A stretch of 64,000 bases of DNA, taken from contig OZ316898.1 in NCBI GenBank assembly GCA_973895155.1, forward strand, positions 11,493,187 to 11,557,186, given 5' to 3'. The notes beneath the pieces are model-generated. The model had not been told where the DNA came from and searched no databases. It worked only from the letters and a program-made list of their open reading frames with translations. Source of the stretch: Marsupella aquatica (lineage: Eukaryota; Plantae; Marchantiophyta). The first letter of the stretch is position 1. Each line of letters begins with the position of its first letter. The translations under genes were made by a program, and so were the position numbers. Shown here in pieces: positions 11,359 to 24,333 of this stretch.

Positions 11359-14300
11359 AGTGGTGGTTTAAGAGAAATGATGTTCTTTGCATGAGTCTAA
11401 GGTTGTCCATCACAACGGGGATGAAATCAGAGTCTCTTGTGTATCAACGTCCAAAAAAACACTTTAGAAATTTTTTCAATAGTGTTTGCAAATTCATCCA
11501 GGCTATAAAAAGTGTTGGACAATGTTGGATGCCACAGGACTCATTTTTCAGGTCATGGGGTTAGATGTGCTCTCCATCCAAACCTTTTAAGTAGGATGGG
11601 ATCCCAAAATGATCTTGCATTAAAGTCAAGTTTTGACTACAGTAGATCCAGGTCATAGTCGTTAAAGTGCACATTTCTAAGATCCCAGGCAAGCTTAAGA
11701 ATCTTTTCTAAGATCCCACGCAAGCTTAAGAATCTTCCACAAACCAAATTTTTGTGATCAACATAGCTTATGGCTCTCAACTTTCATGCTAAGATTAATT
11801 TCTCACTAACTTCAAGACAATATTACAATAAAATTATTAATATTTAACAAGCATCCATAGGACTCTTACAAACACACTGTCTTCAACAAGCCTACATTTT
11901 ACTTTTTTCTTTTGGAGAGGGGAACCACCATCAATTAAAATAGGGCAAAACCAGAAAACCATAACATATTGAAAACCCACCTTAAAATAATATATATTTG
12001 AAAACGAGCAATTGCAACATTTTGAAGAAAAAGAATCCCTGATGGACTGAGGGGTTTGCTCTACAGTCACAAGCCCATTTACATGTTGCATTTCAGCCAA
12101 ATTTGTAGAAGGTGCTCTTGAGTCTTCTTAGATGTTCTTGTTAAGTTAGGCCTTCAGTATAACCTACTTACTTCCATAGTACTAGTCAAAATTTAGCAAA
12201 TTAGGATAGCACTCATTTGGGATCCAAGTTCCCATGGGAGGGGGTATATCCAAGGGGAACACAATGTGTGCTCACATTTGAGAGTTCAGTATTTTGTGTG
12301 TGACTGGAGGGTGAGAGAGATTAGGTCATAGTGGAGCTTTTGGAGCTAGGCTATGGTGGATGTACATGTTTTTTTCATTGATTTTTATCAGTGTCTGCAA
12401 TTATGGCCTCCAGCTTCTTCTTCTTCGAGGAAATTGAATAGACCCTGACATTGTCCACACAGTAAATGCCTGAAGGAAAAGGGCTTCCCAAATCCCAAGC
12501 CTACTCCCGGCTGTTTCTTTCGAAGCGCCCCGTCAGAGAAGATGTTTATAAACCTCGACTCCTACTGCAAAGCAATCCACAATGAAAAATCCACCTCACT
12601 CACACTTGCGCATCTTCCACTTGAAAGACCATCGACCACGTCCATAACAGAGGCTTATCAACATTCTGGGCTTACGAAACTTTTTCATATCAAAATCGAA
12701 TCGATCTGCATCACGAATCAACAATCTGAGCTCACGGCTTCCGACTCTAACCAAACTCCTGCACTCGAATCGATCTGCACATTCTCGTTGTGGAGATCAG
12801 GCGATGATGGATTTGCCAAGATAAAACACCTCTGTGAGATTCGAAACAGATTATTGACGCTCAAGCAGGTTCAATTTTTTCACTGTGCGATGCTCCCATA
12901 GAATTGCTGCACAAGGTCAATGTGATACTTTGGACAGGAATTTCTTTGTTGAGTGCAATTTCTTGTTTCAGTTCCTTTTGGCTTGAGAAGGAAAATATTG
13001 AGCAATGTATATTGCGCAATAGAGGAATTGGAAAACAGGGTTGTATGTATCAGGCGCTGCTATCACATCCATGCCATCAGATGGTCCAGGAAAATGTGAG
13101 CACGGTTGACTACAGTGGGATGGGAGTAACCAGCAAGAAATGGAGCAAAGGAGAGAAAACAAGTCAAGTCAAGTCAAGCGAAGCAAGAACGAACAACTTA
13201 TTACAACTCACGAGCAGCATAGCTTTGCATTTGCACTGCATTGCGCGGCATTGAATTGCGTTGCACAGCAACACAAGATAGCAAGGCCGCGCATCTTAAC
13301 TCACGATTCGACTTTGGTTAATTAACCGAGGTCAAATTTTAGAAAATGTATCAAAACTTTTTACGGACTGATTTGAGTCCCATGAAACTTTCGCTAAAAC
13401 TTTGGTGCAACTTTGGCAATCCATGGGGGATGAGCAGAAGAACCCTCTTGGTTTGTAGGCTTTTAATTGGGCACCCCTTGGCTTGTTTTTTTGGGGGCCC
13501 TTGTTCCTCTTTTCCTCCCCCTTCATTGGGTTGCTTTCCCTTTGGGATCTTGCCTCCAGGTTTGTCATTTTTCCCCCTTGGGTACTGTGATATTTATTCT
13601 TGGTCCATCCGGGCTCTAAATTCATTTTTTGAAACTTCTCAAACTTTCTTTGAGGTACTGTCTCATCCATAGGCATAGTGTTTGAGTTGTTATTAGAGGA
13701 TTTTTCCTGAACTGGGTGGCAAACCTCTATTGTGGAGACAACATTGCAGACTAAAGGATGCAATAAATTCTCTTTCAATTGATTTTTATTGATGACCTTA
13801 CTGTCTTAGAAATGTCTCCTTTCCTGCAATGGAACAAAGTTGAGTGTAGTTTAAAATGGATCCATGCATCGTTTTATAAAATGATTTCATGGGTTTTTTC
13901 CTCTGACTGGATGACTTCCAGAGTTTGCAAGTTTGAGATAGCTTTGATACTAGGGCAGGGCTCAAGATTATTGTTCAATTAGACATTGGTAGTGGTTCAT
14001 ATAAGCTCCAAAAGTACTAAAAGCCAGACCCAAACACAATACGGATTTCTTTTCTCAACCAACGCCTAAAGATAGTCAACATTCTCAGTAAACTCCAATC
14101 AGTTGACTAGGGCCAAATGTCACGCATAATACTTGGACACTGTGCAATAAACCAGAGAGCTGCACTCAATTCTTCCCAATACCTGGTGGATTGTCCCCCT
14201 TTACCAAAAGTGCTCTATTCCAAACAAAATGCTTGCCCTCAACTCTTTGTTACATTTTCCTCCATTGCCAACCCTTGTTTATTGATAGAGGGAGATCATG

Positions 14301-15630
14301 GCACGAAGAGTAGTCAAGTGATGAAAGTCCCCCAGTCTATTATGAGGGTAGGGTAGTCTTACCAGCATTTCTTTTAGTGGCAAAAATTCCCTCTTGAAAG
14401 AATCTGAGCCACTTTTGGCAAAAGTTTGCTAGACTTTTATCTTTGACTAGCCATGTTCCTCCCTAGCCACAAACCTTGTTAGCTAGAATCTAATGGTATC
14501 CTTAAACCCCAAACCCGGGGAGATCTGGTCATAGACCCTAGATTATATAATGAATATTCCCAGAATCTTCTCCTTGCTCACCACCCTGGCCATAAAGGAA
14601 AATACATTAAGCTGTTGTGTACGGAGAAAAGAGAAACAAAGTGACGTTCACCACTGGCCATAAAGGGACAACATTAAGCTGGTGGGTAGGGTTAAAAAGA
14701 AGGTCGAGAAGAGAGAGTGTGGGAGTTACTCTAGAGTGCAGCTGTGGCAAAGAATGACGATAACTTGGTCCAGTCTATGTGGCCCGGTAAACTGGTTTGT
14801 GATTCCGTTCACTCTATGTGACCAATCCTTTGCTTCGGGGCCTGGTAAAGTACGTTGCCTTTTTCCCCGAAATGGAATTTACTTTTGTCATCCACAAGTG
14901 AATTGCAAGGCACATTGGCCGAATCTACCCACCAACCCGTGGTCCCCGGAGGAAAGGGGCTTGAAGTCGACTCGAGGCCTCTGGTGGTCCCAAGTGGTTT
15001 GCTTTTGGTCAATTTCATTTATCCAACTTGTAGCGTATCGTCATCTATCAAGTCCTCAACCTACGGTCATAAAATTCCCTCAGAGGCGAACGCGTCTGAA
15101 AGCCGTCAGATCTTACCCCACGTTATGATAACAGGGTAAAGTCCAAACTCGGAATCTGGTCCGAGCCGCAAACTGAAAGTCGGACTGGATGAGGATCTGC
15201 AGGAGATTCATTTTCAAGGCGGAAAATCCTGACACAGACGCCTAAATCAATTTAGTGGTCTGCTCTCCTATTTCTACGGCCGAGATCGTCCCTCCCTGTC
15301 CGGATCACAGTTCCTCGGACCAATAAAGTCGTAAGACAAAAGAAACAAAGGCCAACTAGTTTACTAATTAAGGCGCCAACACAGTATTAATGGCAATTAA
15401 CATGTACTGTAATAACAAGGAGCCAACTAGCCCGCATCCGCTAACTTCGTTTCCTTAAAAAAAAAGGCTATGCGTGTGGTCTTTGTCTTGTGGTGCCTTT
15501 TCTCCGACGGTTGCTTACCCGCCATCTTCGCTTTTACTCACTCCCCTCCCCCGACTACTTGCGCCCCTCCTCTCCTCGCCCATGAGCCCATCCGCCCCGC
15601 CCCCCGCCCCCCGCTCCTCGCCCTCTCTGG

Positions 15631-15670
15631 CTTTCCTTTCCTTTCCTTTCCTTTCCTTTCCTTTCCTTTC
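15631..15670. repeat. (CTTTC)8 microsatellite in the GC/pyrimidine-rich promoter or 5' leader of the RING gene
   Basis: Seen directly. Neighbouring (CAT)n at ~15773-15800 and (GA)n/(GAGAGG)n at ~16147-16181. Confidence 0.9.
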
Positions 15671-17433
15671 CTTTTTCGTTCGCTTCCCGTCCCCATAGAA
15701 CCCTCCCCTGGTCCGAAGGGCGGCGCAAGAGGCAGCAACCTCATCAACCTCCTCCGCTCCCCCTCTTGCGTCCATCATCACCATCATCATCATCATCATC
15801 CGCTCTCTGCCTCTCTCAGGCTCTGGGTTCGCTGCCCCGCCCTCGTCTCATGATCAATCCGTCATCATTCATCCCCAAGACGTCGTCAGCATCCTACACC
15901 GCGCCTCTTCCTCCTCCGTTTCTCGTCCTCGCCTTGTGCTTCCTCCTCGTTGCCTCGCTTGCTCGGAGGTGGCCTGGCCTGATCACAGCAGTCTGTTTCT
16001 GTTGGGATCAATGGGGATGTTGTACACAACTTATTACTTACTGCGGCCTGCTCAATCAACAACAATTCCGCTTCAGCGACCTTCGGGTTTCGGTGCGCCA
16101 CGGGCTGGAGAATGTGAAATTTGCGGGTGACGAAATTGACTTGACTAGAGAGAGAGAGAGAGAGGGAGAGGGAGAGGGAGATTGATGCTGATTTGGCGAT
16201 GATTCTGCCGCTGGAGAGAGTGAGGGAGGAGCCCAGCCAATGACATGCGCCTCGCACTCTCGCAGTAAGTGGCAGCAGCCGCAGGAGGAGCATTGCGGTA
16301 CGCCCGGATTAAATAATGGTTTTGTGTTGGAGGGAGAAGGAGGAGAGTAGAGTAGATGCTGCTTGCCTGCGTGGCCCAATTTGATGATGATTGGTGTGTT
16401 GTTTATGTTATTGTTGTCGTACTACTGAAATGTGGGAAGGATTTGTTGCGTGGGTTGGGCGTCTGCTATTGCGAATTGTTTTTGTGCTGCGTCTGGAGTT
16501 GATATCTGATTTTTGATTTGCTGATTGCTCATTTTACCGATGTGGAGATTGTTGTTGGGGTTTTGGCGAGCCGGGAGCAATGATCTAATGCAGCGTTCTG
16601 GTCGTCTTCTTCTTCTATCAGTGGCGGAGTTTGCGATTGAGCCGAGAGGGAATTGGAGAATTGAGCTGAAAGGCTATGAAAGACTTTTTCCCCTCGCTGA
16701 CTACTGAAGGAGGGTCAATTGTATGTATTGGAATTTAAAAACATAATGCTTCATCCACGCACAGCACATCATAAGGCAGCATGCATGTGAGGAACGAAGG
16801 GGTCGAGAGCGAGGGTGATTGAAAGTGGACGACGACGTGGTATGAGAATCATTGCAGTCCGCCACGAGATGTCAATCACGCCATGGAGCAGCATCGATAT
16901 TTAGGTGGCCGAGAGGGTTTGGAACGCAGTGAAGGCAATTGAGAAGTGCTTAGCCGCTGGCCTGGTTGGTTTGGGGTTTGGTCCGCAGAAGAATGTAGCT
17001 GACCTGCTATGGGAGCCAGACGAGATTTTGCGGACAGTCGAGAAACCTGACCGGTGACCACGAGGACGTAGTGAAATAGGATGACATTAAGGTGGGGAGG
17101 TTTCAGAAGGAACGGAGGCGACCGAGGCACCGGGACGAGGCCAAAGTTCGTCTCCCTTGCCTGTGAAGAGAACCATCTTTGCTCGCTCGATTGACTAAAA
17201 TTTCACTTGGTCCGTCAAGACCCGCATGCTCGGTATCGGAGGGCAGAGCATTAATCAAATTTGAACCGTCCATCCGTACTGGTTGTTCTTCTGCGTGCTA
17301 CGCATGTTCGAGGTGTGAATTAGTTATCACAGACAGTCGCTAACTAGACTTTGACTCTTCTGACGGAGGAGGAAAGTAACAGGTCTCGTAGGGACACAAT
17401 AACTGCCGGGAATTTCTTTGGCGGGTCGCTACC

Positions 17434-20400
17434 ATGTTACTGCTGAGCATGGGGCAGGGGAAGTCGTTCAAGGAGTCCCTTAAGGCTCTGGAAGCTGATA
17501 TTCAACATGCTAACACGTTGTGAGTCCTCCATCTTGTCATTTATTTATCCCTTCTGATGGAAATCGAAGTCGTCCTGTTGGATTAGTGTGGATGAGCGAG
17601 AGGGCGAGCAAGAAAGGCCAGCCGACGAACACCTTCTTGGAAGAATTTAGTCCGTCATTTTCACGCCGTTATGTGCGGGGGAATAGGAATATCTTCTATT
17701 AGATGATGTTCCATGATTTGGTGGCGGATTTGGTCTTCGTGCCATTGCTAATGGTTTTACTACTTTTGGGCTTCAGCTATTGGTATAAGAACTGTTTTGT
17801 TTGTACCGTGGAGGACGTCCTAGATTTTCACCTCGCATTTTGAGGATTCTATCGTACTTACTCTCTAAACTTTCTTCTATACTAGGGCTTCAGAGTTTCC
17901 AAGAGACCATGATGGGGCATGCCTCCAAATGAGACTTTCGTACAGCCCTGCCGCACACTTTCTCCTCTTCCTTGTCCGGTGGACTGATTGTAGCCTTGCT
18001 GGTGCTCTGGGACTCCTGCGCATTCTCATCTACAAGGTGTGTGATACTTCCCTTACACCGATGTACACGCTTTCAAGTCTGGTTAGAATTCGACTCACCC
18101 ATGGCGCTGTAAGGGACTTATTTTCGTTGCACACAAAGTTCAACTGTTGCCACACCCAAGTGATGGGCTAACCTAGGACTGAGGAAGTGCAAGGTTTCTA
18201 CGATTGATGCATCATATGAGGTTCTGAGTCGATCTGCAAAAACAGCGGGGTCCGTATGATGATGCGCAGGTATACATGGATGGGACGACAACGATGTCCA
18301 CTCACGAGAGAAAGGCCAGCTTAAGAGAATTCTATGGTATGTAGTATTTCCCAGCTATGATTTGGTTTTGAAATCAGAAACAATTTTGCTTACTGGTGAG
18401 TGCATAATTGAAAGAAGATCGTTTTCAATCTGGATTTCTTTTCTACGACTTTGAGTAAATTAGCTATGAATGGTTGGCGTGTAGTAGAGGCTAAGCAACT
18501 TGTCCGCTTATTCTGCACTAAATTCGAGTAATGTAAAAGAAAATTTAGAGCCCTGAAAACCATTTGGACATAGACCATGTGGTCTGGATGACGGAGCTAT
18601 GCTAAGCGCAGCTGAAGTGGGATGTGGCGAGTTCTTCAGTGTACAGTGGATGGAGTTTCCTTTGGGCTGACATTTGGGTAGGATTATACTGCATATGTAG
18701 TTAACGAGCTTTGACATTCTCTATTGAACTTCGAGCTTCAAGTTTTTCAGTCATTTCTTCCCCTGCTGATTGTCAGCTGTGTCAATCTGTTTGAAGACAG
18801 TTCTTGGTAAACTTGGAGTCAAAATCTTCCATTTAGTAGGGGAATTGTTGAGACAGGAAGCAATGTGTCTTGCAGCGTCACATTTGGGACCTAGAATCAG
18901 CATATAGTCTATTTGTACTTCCTCTCTTGTGGAAAGGTCCTATAACAGTCCTTCACACCGCAATTTGTAGGTTTCGTTTTCAATTTTGGAATTTTGTAGA
19001 GGTTTAGACAGAACAGATCCTCGCCAGAATGGTTGTGTAGAGATGAAAATAGTGCGGAATGCGGTCTGCTTCGTTTTGTTAGACATTAAAGGAACGGAAA
19101 CGGTTATGCCTGTGTCAAGATGTAGTCCATGTAAATTTGTGAGAGGACTTCGTGTGACCATTTGTGATGTCTCCTAGTGGCAAAAGTGGATTCCGGATGG
19201 GAATGATCTACCACTGGGCTTCGCCCTTCTGGTCTGCCCCTTTGTGCTATGGTTGTTGGTGAGAGCTCAATTTGTAGAGGTTGTTGAATTGCATGATCGT
19301 TCCCAGATCCATGGTCGATGGTTGTTCCGTGCAAAGTGGGTCAAAGGCTCTAACGGTTTGCATGATAGGGTTGAGATGCAATTTTTATTAGAACTCATGG
19401 CCTCACGGAGGCGTAGATTGGCCTGCCAGTTACCTAATTCCCCAGGATCTTGATGACCTTCAGTACCATCCTCACAATTCAGTGCCGTATGTGAAGAAGG
19501 CCACTTCTTCATCTGGGGGGACATTATTTCCTAAGTTTTGGAGGGGCTGTTACGAAAGTTGCTATATATTTTGATACTGATTCGTATATCTCTTTATTGA
19601 CTCAGTGCCTTACGTATGTATGCAATGGATCCGAGGTTTTGATTGGGTCAGATGGCCCGCAAAGTTCATGTCGCAGTGATTGGATTTCTCATAAACCTGA
19701 AGCAGGAATAAACTCTTGTCCGTCCCAATGAGCTTGTTAGCGTCCGTAGTCGGAACAGCGCGCCATGCACTGTGCCAGAATCTGTACGATAATGAACGCG
19801 TTTGCACGCTATCACCAGTGAAAGTCAGGTCGCCCTGTCCTTTTCTAAGCTAACTCAAGATATCTTGGTAACCTAATGAAGGTGTGATTTTGTAGTCTTT
19901 CTTGTCCTGTTCCTTCACGACTCTTTCCTGCTACGTGAGGAAGCTGACATTCTACTTTGTGAGGGGAAACAAATCACTTGAACCTGGAGAATGAAATGGA
20001 TCGGGACTTGATTATAGGAGAGATTGGAACAAACGGAAACCCACACACCACGTATTCGTTCGGTAATGGAACGATGGCATACAGGGCTTCTGGAGCGATG
20101 TCATTAAACAGAGGAATTGGTCGTGGAGACTACGCAGATGTTTGCTCGGAGGCCAGGATAGAGATTGCCAACGGGGATGTAGTTACCTTCGGACAGACGA
20201 GAAAGAGCTTGTAGAGTTGGTAGAGGTGTGGAATAGGGAAATGAGGTTTGTGAAAGCTCGCGGGACAGAACTAGTTAAGAATTGAAGAAAGGAAAAAAAC
20301 ATTGTGAGAGCTCCATGGATTAGCAAGAATCTGCCTGGAGTGCACGATTTCAAACAGTACTCGTTGGGCACGGATATAGCGAGAACGCTGGGTAGGAGGC

Positions 20401-22366
20401 GACGTACAGAGTAGAGATGAATATGACTGATAAACCTGATGATTATCTACGTGGGGGAAGAAAGGGAATATGTGATGATGCAGTAGAAATACGACCTAGG
20501 ATGTCCTCAAGATGAGGCGGTTATCACAAACTGAGGCTCGGTTTTTGGAATTCTCTGCAACGGTGAGGACAGCCACGGACATGCTCTGTCTGAGACGGGT
20601 ATGACAGACAAGATGCCGACGACAAAGCTGTATCTTTAAGATCATCTGAAAGCATCGTAGTTTGTGCTGTCGGGGAAACGAACTCTAGTTGGAATCGTTC
20701 TTAATTGTACGTGGTAAAATACTGCGGACTTACTCACCTGTCCTGTATGGCCAAGGTGGGGGTAAATTAGTTTGTTTTTCTGTCTTGAACGGAAATGAGG
20801 AAGAACACTTAGTAGTCTCTCCACACCCCAATAGTGACGTACATTCAATGTAGGGAACCCAGTTCAGAGTGAGCCCCCACGGATCGACAGGGACCCGCAC
20901 CAGGAGGGAGAGAGGATAATGGCCTGAATCAGAGTACTATAGCACAGTCAGAAGCAGTGCTATAGCCTGGTCAAGGGAGGCGTCTTAATTTGTTGTCGTC
21001 TTAAATTAAGACGCCTCCCTTATGAACAAGAGGTCGTAGAAGAAAATCCCCTAAAACAAACTAATTTGTTCTGATTATCTACTCCTACCCTAGTTGTCCA
21101 CTTTGTGGCCCTGCTTTAATCCTCTTGCTTCGGTGATAATGGCCTGAATCAGAGTACTATAGCACAGTCAGACGGCTCGCAATTTTGGAGATAGCATCGC
21201 TAAGAGAGAAAAGAGGGGTACTGATACGAGGAGACCGGAATTCCGGCGACCCTAAAGGGTCTGAATAATTTCGAAGTGATTGATCTTAAAGTAGGCAATC
21301 GAATGCGCAAAGAAGGCTTGGTGGCCACCTTCCCTATTACGTGCGTGGTAGTCAAGCTCCGTTTGATGGAATAGCATCCAGTGCACACTTTCTCTCTCCT
21401 AGCTGCAGTGCTTTCACCTCGTTCGCTAATATGAGCTAGCGAGAATGTGCAAGTTGAGTCAAGGGCATTGGACAGTTTGTAAGGCATAGGATTTCTCCGT
21501 GTAATTTAAATGACGACTGACAGGAAATGTAGTGCACTGACCGTGATTTTAGTCCTGACCCAGAGACTTAGGCACTTCTTACCGGTCGTTCGAAACAGTG
21601 CAGGTTTAAATCTTCTCTCTTCAGTGTGAATGACTCCTGTCACGGGAAATATCCTCTTGCTAATGGTTGACTGATTCAGCTGTAAAAGAAATCAAGCTTT
21701 ATATTTCATTGGAATCCGGATGTCTGTTAACGGTGCTTTTCTCGTTGTCGCAGCCTACATTTTCCCCTCCTTGCAGCAACTGCAAGGTGGAATCACAGAG
21801 GTTGAAGATATGAAGCAGAAGGCTCTGTGTGTGGAGAGATATAAGAAGAAATCGGATGAAGAGAGGGGACACATGTCGGATCTGGATTTGGAGAGGGAGG
21901 CGGAATGTGGTATATGTATGGAAACCAATAACAAAATTGCTCTGCCGGATTGCAACCATGCCATGTGCATAAAATGCTACAGAGAATGGTAGGTCCTTTC
22001 TGAAAGTAATTGTGGTATGGGGGAGATTCTACATGTTAGCTGATGTTTTCGGACCACCAGAAGAAGTTGAATCAGGTGATTGATGTCTGGTTGTTTTAGT
22101 TTCGTTGTTACAGCACTGGACTAGTCGAAGATATCTAACTCCACCTCAAATGCAGGCATGCAAGGGCCCAGTCATGCCCATTTTGCCGTGACAGTCTGAA
22201 GCGTGTGAATTCCCGTGATTTGTGGATCTTCACGGATAGTGGCGACGTGCAGGACATGGTGACATTAGCTAGAGATAACTTGCAACGACTCTTCATGTAC
22301 ATAGATAAATTACCTCTTTTAGTGTCTGAGAGTGTATTCGCTGTTTATGATGCACACATCAAGTGA
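17434..22366 (+). CDS. AIRP2-like: AIRP2-like C3HC4 RING-finger E3 ubiquitin ligase, 249 aa; exons 17434-17519, 17886-18036, 18270-18336, 21754-21988, 22156-22366
   Basis: All four introns are GT-AG with compatible phases, giving 750 nt. Translation contains KSFKESLKALEADIQHANTLA, GACLQMRLSYSPAAH, WTDCSLAGALGLLRILIYKVY.DG.TTMSTHERKASLREFY and the RING CGIC-x11-CNHAMCIKC-x10-CPFC, typical of the plant AIRP2 family. An alternative in-frame ATG lies at 17449. Confidence 0.95.
20915..21172. repeat. Perfect 38-bp direct repeats enclosing a perfect 19-bp inverted repeat (intron 3)
   Basis: gataatggcctgaatcagagtactatagcacagtcaga at 20915-20952 and 21135-21172. Inverted arms aagggaggcgtcttaattt (20973-20991) and aaattaagacgcctccctt (21003-21021). 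Confidence 0.9.
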
Positions 22367-22440
22367 GGATATTCCAAACTCTTTCTACAACCATGGCTCG
22401 GGTATATATATGGCGGCAGTGCTCAATCTGCAGCGTCCTC

Positions 22441-22444
<4 letters not shown>

Positions 22445-22495
<51 letters not shown>
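22445..22495. repeat. (GA)~25 microsatellite in the 3' UTR
   Basis: Seen directly, ~80 bp after the stop codon. Confidence 0.95.
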
Positions 22496-22497
<2 letters not shown>

Positions 22498-24026
22498 TAC
22501 TGGGCATTCCCTTTCCTTTCAAGCCTTCCCAAGTGTCGTGAGAGTAGCATGCATTGTTCGAAATGGAGACATTTCCTGCCATACCCCTACTTCAGTTCTC
22601 TTCACTCCTAGCCATTTTGCATTGTATCATTTATTTGGAGAGCTCTTTGGAGAGTCGGTTGCTTCACTATGCACCTTCACTTCTCTGTAAATTAGCGGTG
22701 CGAGACCATGTACATAGCTAAAATGTTTCTGGGCCATTGATGAAGTCGTCTAGGGTGAAGAAAATGGGCCCAATTTAGGATTTGGGAAAAACATTAAAGA
22801 ACTCTCGTGCCGGCTGGTGCAATTGCATGTTAAGCCAGAGTTTTTTAACTCGCTCTCCTTTTGAGCAAACTATACAGAGTCCTTGGGCAGATCAGCAGCT
22901 TGTGTGGTCAAAATTGTTGTACTACTGTTATAGCCAACACCAATGGACATCGGTTCTTTCGAGCTCGTGCATTGTGAATCATGCCGTGTGTTTCATGTCC
23001 GTAGGAAAAAGAGGGATTTTGTTCCTTTCATCGATGTTGGCTATTTGGCTTTGATGTCGTCGGCCTGCAAACTTGCTCCTCGGTGTTACCCACAAGAACC
23101 CCCGTTTGTTTTGTTATTGCTTGGCACGGAAGTATCTCATCCGCCATGCAATTGCCAGGCACGAGACCTGAACCAGAAACCGAGTGTTACCTCATGCTGT
23201 ATAACGGTAAGTTTTCATTGTAAAAGTATCACTGCCACAGCACCGCATTATAAGTGTAAGGTGGAATATAAGTAAAAATAAAAAAGTGTCGGAGGACTTG
23301 TAGCTTGTCATGATGGTACAAAATGTACAATCTTATTATGCTTTCTCATTATGGCAAAGGCGGCGAATCTCTGACTCTGTGGCTTACGTCACTATGAAGC
23401 ATTCTTTGGGTTTTCACCTTTCACGGAAGACATTCGTCTGTAGTCAGTGGTCTGTGGTCAATTTGTGGCGCAGACGGTAGGCTTTGGTGATCATTCATTC
23501 ATGATCCCTTCGTCGGAGTTTACAACACTAGTATCGTTTGATTACGGTCTCCTACAGTGTCTCGCTTGGTGCAGCAATTACAGATCATTCTTCAGTTCCT
23601 TCATGAAAATTAAGGCAAATTCGTAATTCAACTCAGTTTGCCCCAACGCCAAATTCATTATTCTGAACCAGCGTCATTTTAAAGGTTTTTACTTTATAGC
23701 AAGAGTGTCCAATGTGGAAAGTGTGAAGGATAAGATGCTAAAAAAAAATCCTTATCTGATTTAAGGATGATAGTTAGATTGTGTCTATTGGGGCCTGTGA
23801 TTAGGTGGGACACTGGCTAATGAGACAGAAAAATACTAGCAAATTTTAGCCAACAGTAGCCAGAGCTTTTTGGGGAGGTGGCATTTGGCAAATTTTGGCC
23901 ACTACAAACATGCTGTTCTGAACACCTTACCTACGCCTTCAAGTCTTTTAGACTATCTAGCCCCCATTGACCAAGATGCCAACATTTGTAGAACTATGAG
24001 AAGTGGCCAAAATGTGACTATCTAGC

Positions 24027-24333
24027 CCCGGGGTCCTCACTTCTTTTCTTCCCACCCATCACGCGCGAATAAGTATAGGGTTTTTTTATTGGGTTTAGTG
24101 AAATACTTTTAAATTTTTGTTGAAGAACATTAGGGTTATTTTAATCCAATTTTGAGAATTATAAGAATCATAGGGTTTTTTAAAATCAAATATGGGAATA
24201 TTCTTAGAATATTCCATTAAGTTAGGGGTAAAAAAATTCCCAAAAAAAACTTTATTGACTTAACTTTTAGGGTGTTTATTCCCCCAAAACTTCGAGCGTG
24301 ATATGGGACACCCATTGGATTGAGGCCCCCGAG
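24027..24333. mobile_element. hAT-like MITE (307 bp) with 13-bp TIRs and 8-bp TSD
   Basis: TIRs CCCGGGGTCCTCA and TGAGGCCCCCGAG match 11/13. TSD TATCTAGC at 24019-24026 and 24334-24341. AT-rich non-coding interior. Confidence 0.8.
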
